DNA from: Actinomycetota bacterium
GTDB taxonomy: Bacteria; Actinomycetota; Acidimicrobiia; Spongiisociales; UBA11373
NCBI GenBank assembly: GCA_018821365.1
Contig: JAHJML010000174.1
Coordinates: 10,067 to 74,066 of the forward strand
Reading direction: 5' to 3'
DNA length: 64,000 nt
Shown: positions 27,286-37,884 of the stretch, piece by piece
How positions within the stretch are numbered: position 1 is the stretch's first letter
Layout of the letters: each line of letters begins with the position of its first letter
The notes under the pieces: model-generated
What the model saw: the letters and a program-made list of their open reading frames with translations, nothing else
Told to the model about the DNA's origin: nothing
Database searches by the model: none
Program-made: the position numbers and the translations under genes

Positions 27286-28335
27286 CTATGCCCGCCCGAC
27301 GACCTCGAATTCACGGTCGACCAGGTAGCAGGAGACGAAGTGGCCGGGCCGCTTCTCCTCGAGCATCGGGTGGTCTCTGATGTCGCACACGCCGTCCTTG
27401 GCGATGGGGCATCGCGGCCGGAACCGGCACTCCGGCAGAGGGTTGATCGACTTGGTGATGCCGCCCTTGATGCGCACCTCGGGCCGCACGTAGCTCGGGT
27501 CCGGCACCGGCACCGCAGACAACAACGCCTGGGTGTAGGGGTGCATGGGGTTGCTGAGCAACTCCTCGGTCTCGGCGAGTTCGACGATCTTGCCCAGGTA
27601 CATCACCGCGATCCGGGTGCACATGTACCTGGCGACCGCCAGGTCGTGGGTGATGTACAGGTAGGACACCCCGAGACGCTCGGCCAGTTTCAGCATCAGG
27701 TCCATGATCGAGATGCGGATGCTGACGTCGAGCATCGAGGTCGGTTCGTCGGCGACCACGAAATCGGGATCGAGCACCAGTGCCCGGGCGATCGCCACCC
27801 GCTGCCGCTGCCCTCCCGACAACTCGTGGGGGAACCGGAACATGAACGATTCGGGCGGCGTCAAGCCCACCAGACGCAGCAACTCGCCGACCCGTTCCTC
27901 ACGATCGGTGACCCGGCCGATCCCCTGCACCTTGAGCGGTTCGGCGACGGTATCGAACACCGTCCGCCGGGGGTTCATCGACTCGTAGGGGTCCTGGAAG
28001 ATCATCTGGACTTCGGAGCGGAACTCCTTCATGTACTCCCGAGGCAGATGGGCGATGTCCATGACGGTGCCGTCGTCGTTGAGCAAAATCCGGCCGCTCG
28101 TGGCCGAGGCCAGTTTCACCAGCAACCTGCCGGTCGTGGTCTTCCCGCACCCCGACTCCCCCACCAGCGCCAGGCTCTCGCCGGGTGCGATCTCGAAGTT
28201 GATCCCGTCCACGGCGTGCACGAAGTCGGTCGCCTTGCGGAATGCGCTCTTGGCGACCGGGAAGAGCTTCTCGAGGTTCTCGACCTTGACGCGGGCCCCG
28301 CCCGTGTCGAGGATCTCGTGGGGCGTCTCAGCCAT
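27286..28335 (-). CDS. ABC transporter ATP-binding protein (oligopeptide/dipeptide OppF/DppF type)
   Basis: Walker A GESGCGKTT, signature LSGGQRQRV, C-terminal Opp extension. Start ATG at 28333-28335 overlaps the upstream stop (TGATG). Confidence 0.85.
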   Translation of the reverse strand: MAETPHEILDTGGARVKVENLEKLFPVAKSAFRKATDFVHAVDGINFEIAPGESLALVGESGCGKTTTGRLLVKLASATSGRILLNDDGTVMDIAHLPREYMKEFRSEVQMIFQDPYESMNPRRTVFDTVAEPLKVQGIGRVTDREERVGELLRLVGLTPPESFMFRFPHELSGGQRQRVAIARALVLDPDFVVADEPTSMLDVSIRISIMDLMLKLAERLGVSYLYITHDLAVARYMCTRIAVMYLGKIVELAETEELLSNPMHPYTQALLSAVPVPDPSYVRPEVRIKGGITKSINPLPECRFRPRCPIAKDGVCDIRDHPMLEEKRPGHFVSCYLVDREFEVVGRA

Positions 28336-29387
28336 CAGCCCTCCTCCGCAGCGATCTCGGAGATCCCGACTGGGACCTGCTCGTAGTTCCAGCACGCCAC
28401 CATGTGGCCGTCACCGATGTCGGTCTCCGGCGGTTCCTCGTTGCTGCATTGCTCAGTGGCGAACGGGCAGCGGGGATGGAACCGGCATCCGCTCGGCGGG
28501 ACCATCAAGTTGGGCGGTTCGCCTTCGAGCGGCGCCAGCTTGCGGCGCGGCCCGGTGATCGACGGGGTCGACGACAGCAGCAGCCAGGCGTAAGGATGCC
28601 GGGGCCGGTGGAAGATCTGCTCGGTGGAGCCGTACTCGACGATCTTGCCGGCGTACATCACGCCGGTGTGCTCGGTGACCTGGGCGATCACCGCGATGTC
28701 GTGGGAGATGTAGATGATGCTCATCCCCAACTCGGTTTGGATCTTCTTGAGCTCCTTGAGGATCTGGTCCTGCACGATCACGTCGAGGGCGGTGGTCGGC
28801 TCGTCGGCGATGATCAGCTGCGGGTTGCAGGAGAGTGCCATGGCGATGGTGGCCCGCTGCCGCATGCCGCCCGAGAACTCGTGGGGGTAGCGATCCATCG
28901 CTTCCTCGGGGAGGCCGACCAGTTCGAACAACTCGGCGATCCGCTGCCGCACCTGGGCGGTGGTGAGCTTCTCCGGCCAATGCAGGTCCAGTGCCTCACG
29001 GATCTGGTCGCCGATCCGGTACACCGGGTTCCAGGCGTTCATGGCGCCCTGGAAGACCATCGAGATGTCGGCCCAGCGGTGCTTGCGCATCTCCTCTTCG
29101 CTGAGGTCGAGCAGGTTGAGCCCGCCGAGGAGGATCTCGCCCTCCACGATGTCGGCGTTCGACGCCTGCAGGCGCAGCAGCGTGAGGGCCACCGACGTCT
29201 TGCCGCAGCCCGACTCCCCCACCAGGCCCAGCGACGAACCACGCTGCAGGGTCAGTGAGACGTCCTTGACGGCAGAGACCCGCCCCTCCTTGGTCTGGTA
29301 GTCCATGGTGAGGTGCTTGATCTCGAGGAGCGTCTCGCCGGGCCGGACCTCTCCGCCTTCGGTCTGGGTGTCGTGTCTCATTGTCAT
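28335..29387 (-). CDS. ABC transporter ATP-binding protein (OppD/DppD type)
   Basis: Walker A GESGCGKTS, signature FSGGMRQRA. Confidence 0.85.
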   Translation of the reverse strand: MTMRHDTQTEGGEVRPGETLLEIKHLTMDYQTKEGRVSAVKDVSLTLQRGSSLGLVGESGCGKTSVALTLLRLQASNADIVEGEILLGGLNLLDLSEEEMRKHRWADISMVFQGAMNAWNPVYRIGDQIREALDLHWPEKLTTAQVRQRIAELFELVGLPEEAMDRYPHEFSGGMRQRATIAMALSCNPQLIIADEPTTALDVIVQDQILKELKKIQTELGMSIIYISHDIAVIAQVTEHTGVMYAGKIVEYGSTEQIFHRPRHPYAWLLLSSTPSITGPRRKLAPLEGEPPNLMVPPSGCRFHPRCPFATEQCSNEEPPETDIGDGHMVACWNYEQVPVGISEIAAEEG

Positions 29388-29403
29388 TGGCTAGATCCTC
29401 GGG

Positions 29404-30489
29404 TCAGCGGACTCGGAGCCTCGGATTGATCACCTCGTCCATGCCGCGGCCCACCAGGAAGAAGGCCGCCGCCAGCATGGTCACCGCCAGGCCTGCGGGG
29501 AACAGCAGCCACCAGTAGTGGGTCCCCGACAGCAGGTAGCCCTGGCTGTGGGCGGTGAAGATCATGATCCCCCAACTCATCTGGACGTTCATCAGACCCA
29601 GGAACGACAGCGTTGCTTCCAGAGCGATCGCTTCGGTGACCGTGAACATCATGTAGAGGAACGACAGAGGGAGCACGTTGGGGACGATGTGCCGCAGGAT
29701 GATGTGGCGATTGCTGCCCCCGGCGACCCGGGCCGCATCGACGAACGGCTTGACCGACACCCCCAGCGCCGACGACTTGAGCACGATGGCGGTTCCCCCG
29801 AAACCCGAGAGGACTCCGATCAGCATGCCGAGTAATGGCAGAGTCAGGTTGAAGAGGGCGCCGACCACGATCAGGACCGGGATCAGCGGCACCAGCAGGA
29901 TCAGGTCGGCGAACCGCATCAGGACGTTGTCGATCCACCCTCCGTAGTACGCCGCCACCGACCCCACCGTGGTGGCGATCAGCACGCTCATGAAGGCGGC
30001 AATGGCGCCCATGGCGAAGGCGGCCCTGGTGCTGTACATCAATTGGGAGAGGATGTCGCGTCCCAAGGGATCGGTGCCCAGCCAGTGGCCCTTCGACGGT
30101 GGGGCGGGCTGCTGGGGGATGGTGACGATGTCACCTTCTTCGACGAAGGGATTCTGCATCAGCCGGGCGGTGGCCAGGTCCATCTCGGAGGCCGGATCCT
30201 GCACCTCGGCCACGACGGTGTACTCCGCCACGGGTGCGTCGTAACCCTGCACCGGGTCGTAGATAGCGGGGTCCCACACCCTGGACATCAGGATGGGGTG
30301 GAGGATGCCGAGGAGGGCGAACAGCACGATGATGCCGAGACCGATCAGGCCGATCTTGTTGGCGACGAACATCTTCCAGTTGCGCCCGAAGCTGCGACGG
30401 GCCAACCGCAGCCGGATCCGCCACAACGGCTCCTGGACCAGTGGCCCGCCGGTGGACTGCTCCGGCTCCAGGTCGATTCGCTCGGTCAC
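29404..30489 (-). CDS. ABC transporter permease (OppC/DppC type)
   Basis: Six-TM BPD-transporter family member with an N-terminal extension. Confidence 0.85.
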   Translation of the reverse strand: MTERIDLEPEQSTGGPLVQEPLWRIRLRLARRSFGRNWKMFVANKIGLIGLGIIVLFALLGILHPILMSRVWDPAIYDPVQGYDAPVAEYTVVAEVQDPASEMDLATARLMQNPFVEEGDIVTIPQQPAPPSKGHWLGTDPLGRDILSQLMYSTRAAFAMGAIAAFMSVLIATTVGSVAAYYGGWIDNVLMRFADLILLVPLIPVLIVVGALFNLTLPLLGMLIGVLSGFGGTAIVLKSSALGVSVKPFVDAARVAGGSNRHIILRHIVPNVLPLSFLYMMFTVTEAIALEATLSFLGLMNVQMSWGIMIFTAHSQGYLLSGTHYWWLLFPAGLAVTMLAAAFFLVGRGMDEVINPRLRVR

Positions 30490-30511
30490 GATCGGGTCCT
30501 CCTCTCGATCA

Positions 30512-31690
30512 TCAGTAGCGAATGCGCGGATCGAGGTACGCGTACAGGATGTCGGCGACGAGGTGCCCGATCAGCGCCAGAGCGGCGATGACCGACAGCC
30601 CTCCCATCGCCAGCGGGATGTCTTCCAGGATCACCGCGTTGTACAGCAGCAACCCGACCCCCGGCCAGGAGAAGACGGTCTCGGTGATGATCCCGCCCCC
30701 GATCACGAACGCCAGCGCCAGCACCAGCGAGGTGACCACCGGCAGGAGGGCGTTGCGGGCGGCGTGGCGGTCCCGGATCACCTTCTCGGGAAGGCCCTTG
30801 GCCCGGGCCGTGAGGATGTAGTCCTCCCGGAGCGTCTCCAGCATGGCGCTGCGGGTCAGCAGCATGATGCCCGCAAAGGCCACCAAGGCCAGTGTCATCA
30901 CCGGCAGCAGGGTGTGGTGGAGGATGTCGAGGGCGTACTTGCCCATGGCCGAGAAGAAGAAGTAGATGAAGGGGAAGACCACCCCGAGCAGGAAGGCGAT
31001 GTTGCGCACCCGGATGGCCTGGCGAATCTCCAGGCGCTGCTTTGCGATCACGGTGGCTACGGCGGCGACCAGCATCGAGAGGACGGCCACCAGGATCATC
31101 CGCAGGAAGACCTGATTGGTGGTGAATGGTGATCCCAGCCAATCCGACACGTCGATGAACTTGTTGATCGGGAAGACCCGGATGCCGGTCACGTTGGAGA
31201 GCGTGAACCCGAAGGTCCAGATCATCAGCAGGGCAAACCACGGATAGAACACCGTGTAGAGGCCGACACCCCCCAGTGTCAGCAAGTACTCGCTCATCTT
31301 CCCCCTCCGCCAGGCCAGCACCTTCCCGGTCACGAAGCCCAGGTAGTAGGCCAGCAGGGTGGCCGAGAGGAAGAGCACGATCGTGCGGGGCAGCGCATCG
31401 AAGATCAGCTTGGTCACGGGCGTCGGGTACTGGGAGAGGCTGTTGCCCAGGTTGCCGGTGAAGAAGTTCTTCATGTAGGCCAGGTAGCGAGAGAACAGCG
31501 GCATGTCGAGGCCGAGGCGGGCGGCGAGTCGGGCCTTTTCCTCCGGTGGGATGTCCGGGTTCCCGATGTACTGCTGTGACAGGTCGCCCGGCTGCGCCTC
31601 GAGCAGGAAGAAGAGCACCGTCAGGAAGATCACGAACAGCAGGAGCATCTGGACACTTCGCTTCGAGATGAAGATGAACAACTTGAGCAT
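30512..31690 (-). CDS. ABC transporter permease (OppB/DppB type)
   Basis: BPD-transporter family permease; conserved EAA-like region ...TARAKGLPE.... Confidence 0.85.
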   Translation of the reverse strand: MLKLFIFISKRSVQMLLLFVIFLTVLFFLLEAQPGDLSQQYIGNPDIPPEEKARLAARLGLDMPLFSRYLAYMKNFFTGNLGNSLSQYPTPVTKLIFDALPRTIVLFLSATLLAYYLGFVTGKVLAWRRGKMSEYLLTLGGVGLYTVFYPWFALLMIWTFGFTLSNVTGIRVFPINKFIDVSDWLGSPFTTNQVFLRMILVAVLSMLVAAVATVIAKQRLEIRQAIRVRNIAFLLGVVFPFIYFFFSAMGKYALDILHHTLLPVMTLALVAFAGIMLLTRSAMLETLREDYILTARAKGLPEKVIRDRHAARNALLPVVTSLVLALAFVIGGGIITETVFSWPGVGLLLYNAVILEDIPLAMGGLSVIAALALIGHLVADILYAYLDPRIRY

Positions 31691-31881
31691 GTGTCTCTCC
31701 GTTGCTGCGGCCGCGGCCAGGCGGCGATGCTAACAGACCGAAGGCGGCTGCCATCCCGCCGGGGCACGGTCGGCCGGCCCGCCACGGCCCCTCCTACCAC
31801 CTACCTGCCGGGGACGCGAGAGGGGCGGGCCCTGAGGCCCGCCCCTCTCCGCGATGTGTCTCGCTTTGTGGCTGTGCTGCC

Positions 31882-34059
31882 TTAGGAGGCGGCTGCCACC
31901 AGGCCCGGGAATCCATTACCGAACTGGATACCGGACAGGGTATTCGTGAACGGGTACTGAATCGTGGCCGAGCGATAGGCCTCGATGATGCCCGTATCGA
32001 ACAGCAAGATGTAGGGCTTCTGCGTGAACAGAATCTCTTCCATCTGCCACATGATGTCGTAGGCCTCTTCGAAGGTCTTGGCGGCGTTGAACTCCTCGAC
32101 GAGGGCGTTGAACTCCGGGTCGTTGAACCCGGTGTTGTTGTTGCCGTCGTTGATGAGGGTGTCGTTCTTGCCGGCCCAGAAGGACTCGTGGTAGGTCGGG
32201 AGCGCCGGGTTGCCCAGGCTCCAACCGAGCATGAACATGTCGAAGTCGAGGTTGCCCTCGTCATCGGGCACGAACACTGCATTCACGAGGACGTTGAAGT
32301 CCGTCGGGTACGCCGTGGCGTTGAACCCGAGGTCCTTGGCGGCCTGCGCCACGAACAGTGAGAACGTCGCCCGCAGCGGGTCATACCCGGGTCCGGGCGC
32401 CAGGATGGTGATCTCCTGGACCGGAGCGCCGTCGAGCATGATGCCCTTGCCGGGGACGATCGCATTGTCGGCGAAGCCCGGCTCCTGGCCCTCGGGCCAG
32501 CTGAACCCGTCTGCCATCAGCGCCGAGACGGCGGCATGGAGGCGAGCCTCGGTGCCGGTTGCCGTGTAGGCCACGTCGTCTTCGGTGCCGAGCTCTTCGT
32601 CCTCGCCTGCTTCCATGAACGGCGTGCCGTCGTAGCGGGTGTCCAGCGCGAGATCGGTGATCTCGGCCTGCCACGCATCGGCCAACTCGGCGTTGTACCA
32701 GCTGGTGTTGCCTTCTGGCACGGTCGCGTAGAGCGGGAACGCCACACCCTGCAGCACGCTGCCGGTGATGTATTCCTTGTCGATCATGAACGCCAACGCA
32801 TCCCGGAAGCCCTGGCGGGCCATCGGGTCGCGGCGCATGTTGAAGGCCAGGTACCGGAAGCCGTTCGTCGCGTTGACGATCGGCGTCAGGTTGGCATCGC
32901 CGGTGATCTGGTCGAGCAAGCCACGCTGGAGGCCCAGCGGGTTGTACAGGTAGTCCACCTCGCCGGCCTTGAGGGCCAGCACGGCGGCGCTCTGGTCGCC
33001 GTACAGCTCGAAGGTCTGGTCACCGATGAACGGGCCGGTCGTGAAGTCCACTCCACCGGAGGAGACTGCACGGCCGTTGTCGTAGTAGTCCAGGTTGCCC
33101 ACGGACTCCGCAAAGGCACCGGCCTCGCGTGCGAAGAAGATCGTGGGGCCGCCGGACGCATCACCTGCGCCGGAAGCGGCATACAGAACCTCGGCCGGGT
33201 CCTCGGATGCCTTGGCATCCTCGGCGACCGCCTGCCAGGCAGCCTTCGACATGACCGGAGCCACGCCGACGCTGTAGGGCCAGATGGCCAGGCCGGGATC
33301 CTTGTTCCACGTGAACTTGACCGTGAAGTCGTCGACGGCCGTGACGCCGATCAGACCCAGCGCATCGCTGAACTCGCCGGTCGCTTCGTCGGTCTGCGCC
33401 CACTGGTAGCTGGCGACCCAGTTGCCGCCCAGGGCGAACTGGCAGACGGTGTCCGCCGTAAACACGACATCGTGCGCCGTGATCGGCGTGCCATCGCTCC
33501 ACGTGACGTCGGTCCGCATCGGGACGGTGACGGAGAACCCGTCGCCGTCGGCTGCGGCAACGCCCGGATCATCCGAAGTGGCCAGGTCGTTGGTGAGATC
33601 CAGGCCCGGCAGGTTGGTGCCGAACAGGGCGGGCTTGGTCGGGCCGAGCAGGTAGGCGTTCCACACCGTGCTCTGCGGGTCCATGTAGGCCCAGTAGTTG
33701 TCGGTCGTCGTGTCCTGGAAAATGCCGGTGCGATACACCGTGCCGCCCGCCGCCGCATACGCCGGTGGCGCATAGGCCGTGGTGTCGTACGGCGTATCAG
33801 GCTGACACGCATTCACATACACGATTTCCGGGAGAGCCTCGGTGGTCGTCGTCTCCTCCACGGCCGTCGTCGTCGGGGCCTCGGTGGGTTCCGTGCCTTC
33901 CGTCGTCGTTGGGGCTTCGGTGGGTTCCGTGCCCTCCGTGGTGGTCGTCGCTGCCGTTGCCGCGGTCGTCCCGGTATCGTCGTCGCTGCACGCCGAGACC
34001 ACCATCGCCAGCGCGGCGAAGATGACCATCAGGCGCAGCACCCGATTCCGTTTGTTCAT
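31882..34059 (-). CDS. ABC transporter substrate-binding lipoprotein (family 5, peptide/nickel/oligosaccharide type)
   Basis: Lipobox MVVSACSDDD. Thr/Pro-rich tandem-repeat linker (TTTEGTEPTEAPTTTEGTEPTEAPTTT). Large SBP_bac_5-like body. Confidence 0.8.
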   Translation of the reverse strand: MNKRNRVLRLMVIFAALAMVVSACSDDDTGTTAATAATTTTEGTEPTEAPTTTEGTEPTEAPTTTAVEETTTTEALPEIVYVNACQPDTPYDTTAYAPPAYAAAGGTVYRTGIFQDTTTDNYWAYMDPQSTVWNAYLLGPTKPALFGTNLPGLDLTNDLATSDDPGVAAADGDGFSVTVPMRTDVTWSDGTPITAHDVVFTADTVCQFALGGNWVASYQWAQTDEATGEFSDALGLIGVTAVDDFTVKFTWNKDPGLAIWPYSVGVAPVMSKAAWQAVAEDAKASEDPAEVLYAASGAGDASGGPTIFFAREAGAFAESVGNLDYYDNGRAVSSGGVDFTTGPFIGDQTFELYGDQSAAVLALKAGEVDYLYNPLGLQRGLLDQITGDANLTPIVNATNGFRYLAFNMRRDPMARQGFRDALAFMIDKEYITGSVLQGVAFPLYATVPEGNTSWYNAELADAWQAEITDLALDTRYDGTPFMEAGEDEELGTEDDVAYTATGTEARLHAAVSALMADGFSWPEGQEPGFADNAIVPGKGIMLDGAPVQEITILAPGPGYDPLRATFSLFVAQAAKDLGFNATAYPTDFNVLVNAVFVPDDEGNLDFDMFMLGWSLGNPALPTYHESFWAGKNDTLINDGNNNTGFNDPEFNALVEEFNAAKTFEEAYDIMWQMEEILFTQKPYILLFDTGIIEAYRSATIQYPFTNTLSGIQFGNGFPGLVAAAS

Positions 34060-34092
34060 GAACGAACTCCTCTATTGGTCGACGAAGCTGCT

Positions 34093-34106
34093 CGTTTCCC
34101 GCCCTG
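34093..34106. terminator. perfect 14-nt palindrome CCCTGACGTCAGGG immediately downstream of secG
   Basis: Read directly; possible terminator stem or protein-binding palindrome. Confidence 0.3.
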
Positions 34107-34109
34107 ACG

Positions 34110-34367
34110 TCAGGGGGCCAAGACCCACGCAAGCGTAATGGTCGTGACCGCAAACATGATGGCGACGAAAACCGTCAGTCGATCGAGATTTCGTTCGACC
34201 ACTGTGGACCCCGAGAGGCCACCACCAGGCCCCATCCCTCCTCCGAACGCGTCGGACAACCCACCACCGCGACCCGCATGCAAGAGGATCAGGGCAATGA
34301 GCGAGAGAGACAGGATGATGTGCACAGTGATGACGGTCGCGTCAACGATCCGTTCCAAAGCGAGCAC
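34110..34367 (-). CDS. secG: preprotein translocase subunit SecG
   Basis: 85 aa with two TM helices and a Gly-rich loop (MLALERIVDATVITVHIILSLSLIALILLHAGRGGGLSDAFGGG). Confidence 0.8.
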   Translation of the reverse strand: MLALERIVDATVITVHIILSLSLIALILLHAGRGGGLSDAFGGGMGPGGGLSGSTVVERNLDRLTVFVAIMFAVTTITLAWVLAP

Positions 34368-34489
34368 CTTTCGCGTCTTACTCCCGTTCGCCGGAGCGAG
34401 CGGTTACCGAAGTATGGAGGCGAAGCGCCGCCATAGCAAGTCGTCCCTGCCAGAACCTGGGGATCGAGTCGGAGGGCGGTCCGGGCCCC

Positions 34490-35236
34490 TCAGGCCTTGG
34501 CCTGGTCGGCGACCGCCTTGGCGGCGGCGGCGGCCACCTCGGGGTCGCCGAGGTAGTAGTGATCAGTAGGAGCGAGGTCTCCGTCCAACTCGTAGACGAG
34601 GGGAATTCCGGTTGGGATGTTCAGCGAGGTGATCTCCTCGTTGGAGACGCCGTCGAGGTGCTTGACCAGTGCCCGCAGGCTGTTGCCGTGGGCGGCGATC
34701 AGCACCCGCCTCCCCGAGCGGATCGCCGGCACCACCGCGTCGTGCCAGAAGGGGAGCATCCGATCCACCACCAGGGCCAGGCTCTCGGTGCCGGGGAGCA
34801 GGTCCGGAGTCAGGTCGGCGTAGCGGGGGTCGTGGCCGGGATGGCGCGGATCGTCACGGGCCAGCGGCGGCGGGGAGATGTCGTAGGAGCGGCGCCAGAC
34901 CTGCACCTGCTCGTCTCCGTGGCGGCCCGCCGTCTCGGCTTTGTTGAGGCCCTGCAGGGCTCCGTAGTGGCGCTCGTTGAGGCGCCAGTGCTTGACCACC
35001 GGGATCCACAGGCGGTCCATCGTGGCCAGGGTCAGGTGCAGGGTGAGGATCGCCCGCTTGAGCACGGAGGTGAATGCGATGTCGAAGCCGTAGCCGCCGG
35101 CCAGCAGTTCGGTGCCCGCCGCCACCGCTTCGGCCTCGCCCTGGGGGGTCAGCCCCACATCGGTCCATCCGGTGAATCGGTTCTCGAGGTTCCACTCGCT
35201 CTGGCCGTGGCGCAGCAGCACCAGTTGGGTCGTCAT
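34490..35236 (-). CDS. gpmA: 2,3-bisphosphoglycerate-dependent phosphoglycerate mutase
   Basis: [12 protein letters not shown] and RLNERHYG motifs. Start set at ATG 35234-35236 ([11 protein letters not shown]). Confidence 0.85.
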   Translation of the reverse strand: MTTQLVLLRHGQSEWNLENRFTGWTDVGLTPQGEAEAVAAGTELLAGGYGFDIAFTSVLKRAILTLHLTLATMDRLWIPVVKHWRLNERHYGALQGLNKAETAGRHGDEQVQVWRRSYDISPPPLARDDPRHPGHDPRYADLTPDLLPGTESLALVVDRMLPFWHDAVVPAIRSGRRVLIAAHGNSLRALVKHLDGVSNEEITSLNIPTGIPLVYELDGDLAPTDHYYLGDPEVAAAAAKAVADQAKA

Positions 35237-35285
35237 CGGAGCCTCCGCTCGTGTCGGGCCGACGCTAGCGCCCCGGCGGCCCGCC

Positions 35286-37070
35286 TCAACCCGTCGGCGG
35301 CCGCCAGGTCTCGATGTTCCACAACTCGCTCCCTGCCGGATTGGCCGCGATCCCGCTGACGCGGTCCGACCAGAACACCGCACCGGACTCCCCGCTGATC
35401 ATCAACGGGATCAGCACCACCTGGGAAGCCAGCAGACCCTCCGCCTCGATCAGCAGTCGGTCGATCTCGGCCGGGTCGATGGTGGCGTGGAGCTCGTCGA
35501 CGATCTCCGCGTAGCGCCGGGTCGCCCGGTTGGCCACCAGCGAGTCCACCGTCCCCCACCGGAAGAAGTTGTTCCCGACGAACGGCAGCCCCTCGGGATC
35601 GAACAACTCGATGAAGGCCACTGCTCCGCTGCGGCCCGGGTTGCCCTCGAACCTCCAGGTGGCCACGTCCCAGGTTCCGTTGTCGAGGGTCGTCCCGAAG
35701 AAGAGCGCTGAGTCCTCCAACTGGAGTTCGGCGCCGATGCCGGCCTGGTTCAGCATCACCACGATGTCCCCGGCCATCGCCACCGTGGCGGCGCTGTCCG
35801 ACGAGGTCGTGATGACCAGACGCGGCCCTCCCCCCGCAAAGAGATCCCGGCCGATGTTGGTCCCCAGCGTGTAGAGAAGTCCGGCGGTCTCCCCGGTGTC
35901 GAAGTCGTGCACCGTCCACGGGTCTTTCGCCAGATCGGGCAGGTACGTCCGCAGTGCCGAGTACAGCGGCGAGGTGCCCCGCCCCTCCGCCAGCGCGCTG
36001 CGGTCGATGGCGTGCGCCACCGCCTCCCGGTAGCGGAGGTAGCCGTTGAGCGATTCGGCGTTGCGATTCCCCGGGCCGAACTGGAAGTTGATCTGCTCCC
36101 ATGCCATCCCGGCCGCCGAGACGATCACGGCGCCTTCCCGCTCCAGGTCGAGGTAATCGGCGGACACCTCGGGAGGGAACTCCATGAGCGCCATCTCCAG
36201 ATCCTGCACCTGGAATGCCCGCAGCAGACGGGGGTCCGGCTCCCCCGATGGCTCGAAGAACCGGAACACGAGCCGGTCGAACACAGGAAGCCGGTCGCCG
36301 GAGGCCGTATCGACCTTCCAGTAGTTGTCGTTGCGCTGCAGGGCCAGGTACTGGCCGGGTTGGTAGGCCTGGAGTTCGAACGGACCCCCCGACACCCACG
36401 GGGTCTGGTTCCAGTCGACGGCGAAGTCGGATCCCTCCACGGCGTGGGCGGGGATGATGAGATCGAAGAGCAGTTCCACCGACGGGTCGATGTCCATCCG
36501 GAAGGTCAGTTGGCGACCCGCGGCCCGCACCGAGCCGGGCACGATCTTGGCGTAGCGGGCCCTCAGGTCACTCCGGATGGGAAGGGACGGATCCGTCACC
36601 GTGGCCACCGTGAAGGCCAGGTCGGCCGCGGTGATGTCGATACCGTCGGCCCATTGCGCGGCGGGATCGACCCGCACCGTCACATCCATGGTGCCGTTGC
36701 CGTTCACCACCAGGCCGCCGTTGGCCAGGGTCGGGATCGACTCGAGCACGTCGGGCACCGGCTGCCGAGTGGCCGGGTCGATGTCGTAGCCGGTGGCGAA
36801 GAAGGCCGGTGCCAGCAGGTCGAGGACGGCGGTGTCCGGCCCGTCGAGAAACGGGTTGAGGGTGCGGGGCGCGGCGTGGTCGCCGACGCCCACCACCAGT
36901 TCGGTGGCGCCCTCGGCCGGTGCGCCCACGCTGGTGGTGGTGGGGCTGATCGCTTCGGTGGTCGTGCTCGACGGCACGATGCCGGGGGCGGGCGCGCACG
37001 ACCACACGGCCATGGCGAGCACGACCGGAAGCCACACCACGGGTGGAGGCGCTCTCATCGACCCAAACAT
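35286..37070 (-). CDS. ABC transporter substrate-binding lipoprotein (family 5), orphan
   Basis: Lipobox AVWSCAP. SBP_bac_5-like. No cognate permease genes adjacent. Confidence 0.7.
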   Translation of the reverse strand: MFGSMRAPPPVVWLPVVLAMAVWSCAPAPGIVPSSTTTEAISPTTTSVGAPAEGATELVVGVGDHAAPRTLNPFLDGPDTAVLDLLAPAFFATGYDIDPATRQPVPDVLESIPTLANGGLVVNGNGTMDVTVRVDPAAQWADGIDITAADLAFTVATVTDPSLPIRSDLRARYAKIVPGSVRAAGRQLTFRMDIDPSVELLFDLIIPAHAVEGSDFAVDWNQTPWVSGGPFELQAYQPGQYLALQRNDNYWKVDTASGDRLPVFDRLVFRFFEPSGEPDPRLLRAFQVQDLEMALMEFPPEVSADYLDLEREGAVIVSAAGMAWEQINFQFGPGNRNAESLNGYLRYREAVAHAIDRSALAEGRGTSPLYSALRTYLPDLAKDPWTVHDFDTGETAGLLYTLGTNIGRDLFAGGGPRLVITTSSDSAATVAMAGDIVVMLNQAGIGAELQLEDSALFFGTTLDNGTWDVATWRFEGNPGRSGAVAFIELFDPEGLPFVGNNFFRWGTVDSLVANRATRRYAEIVDELHATIDPAEIDRLLIEAEGLLASQVVLIPLMISGESGAVFWSDRVSGIAANPAGSELWNIETWRPPTG

Positions 37071-37116
37071 CGGCGCCGTCCCGGGGCTACCGGAGCGATT
37101 CCCCGGCTGCCGTCGG

Positions 37117-37884
37117 CTACACCCAGTACCGGACCAGCGCCGCCATCTGGTCGGGGTCCAGCGAGGCGCCCCCCACCAGTCCCCCGTCGATGTCGCGCTT
37201 GGCCATCAGGCCGGCGACGTTGCCGGGGTTGACCGAACCCCCGTAGAGGACCCGGGTGCGATCGGCGGCGTCCCCCCACTGTGACCTCACCTGCTCGCGG
37301 AGGTATCCGCAGGCGGCGGCGGCGGTATCGGCGTCGGCGGTGCGTCCGGTGCCGATGGCCCAGATCGGCTCGTAGGCGACCACCAGACCCCCGACGGTGG
37401 CCTCGTCGAGGCCGCCGAGCGCAGCCTGCAACTGGCCCCCGATCACCTGCTCGGTGACCTCCTGCTCACGCTGCTCGAGCGTCTCGCCGACGCAGACGAT
37501 CGGGGTCATCCCCTCGCCGAGCACGGCGCGCAACTTGGCGGCCACGACGGCATCGTCCTCGCCGAACAACTGGCGCCGCTCGCTGTGGCCAACGATGACG
37601 TAGCTCACCCCGAGCTTGGCGAGCATCCCCGGAGACACCTCTCCGGTGTAGGCGCCGCCGCTCTCCCAATGGACGTTCTGGGCTCCCAGTTTGATGCGGA
37701 GGTAGTCGGCCTCGATGACCGTCTGCACCGACCGGAGCGAGGTGAACGGAGGGCACACCAGCACGTCGACCCGGTCGTAGTCGGAGGGGTCGAGCCGGTA
37801 CCCGAGTTTCTGCACCATCTGGATCGCCTCCAGATGCGTGGCGTTCATCTTCCAGTTGCCTGCGATCAGATCCTTACGAGCCAT
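37117..37884 (-). CDS. tpiA: triosephosphate isomerase
   Basis: MARKDLIAGNWKMN... and the VAYEPIWAIGTG active-site region. Start ATG 37882-37884; overlaps the pgk end by 11 nt. Confidence 0.9.
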   Translation of the reverse strand: MARKDLIAGNWKMNATHLEAIQMVQKLGYRLDPSDYDRVDVLVCPPFTSLRSVQTVIEADYLRIKLGAQNVHWESGGAYTGEVSPGMLAKLGVSYVIVGHSERRQLFGEDDAVVAAKLRAVLGEGMTPIVCVGETLEQREQEVTEQVIGGQLQAALGGLDEATVGGLVVAYEPIWAIGTGRTADADTAAAACGYLREQVRSQWGDAADRTRVLYGGSVNPGNVAGLMAKRDIDGGLVGGASLDPDQMAALVRYWV

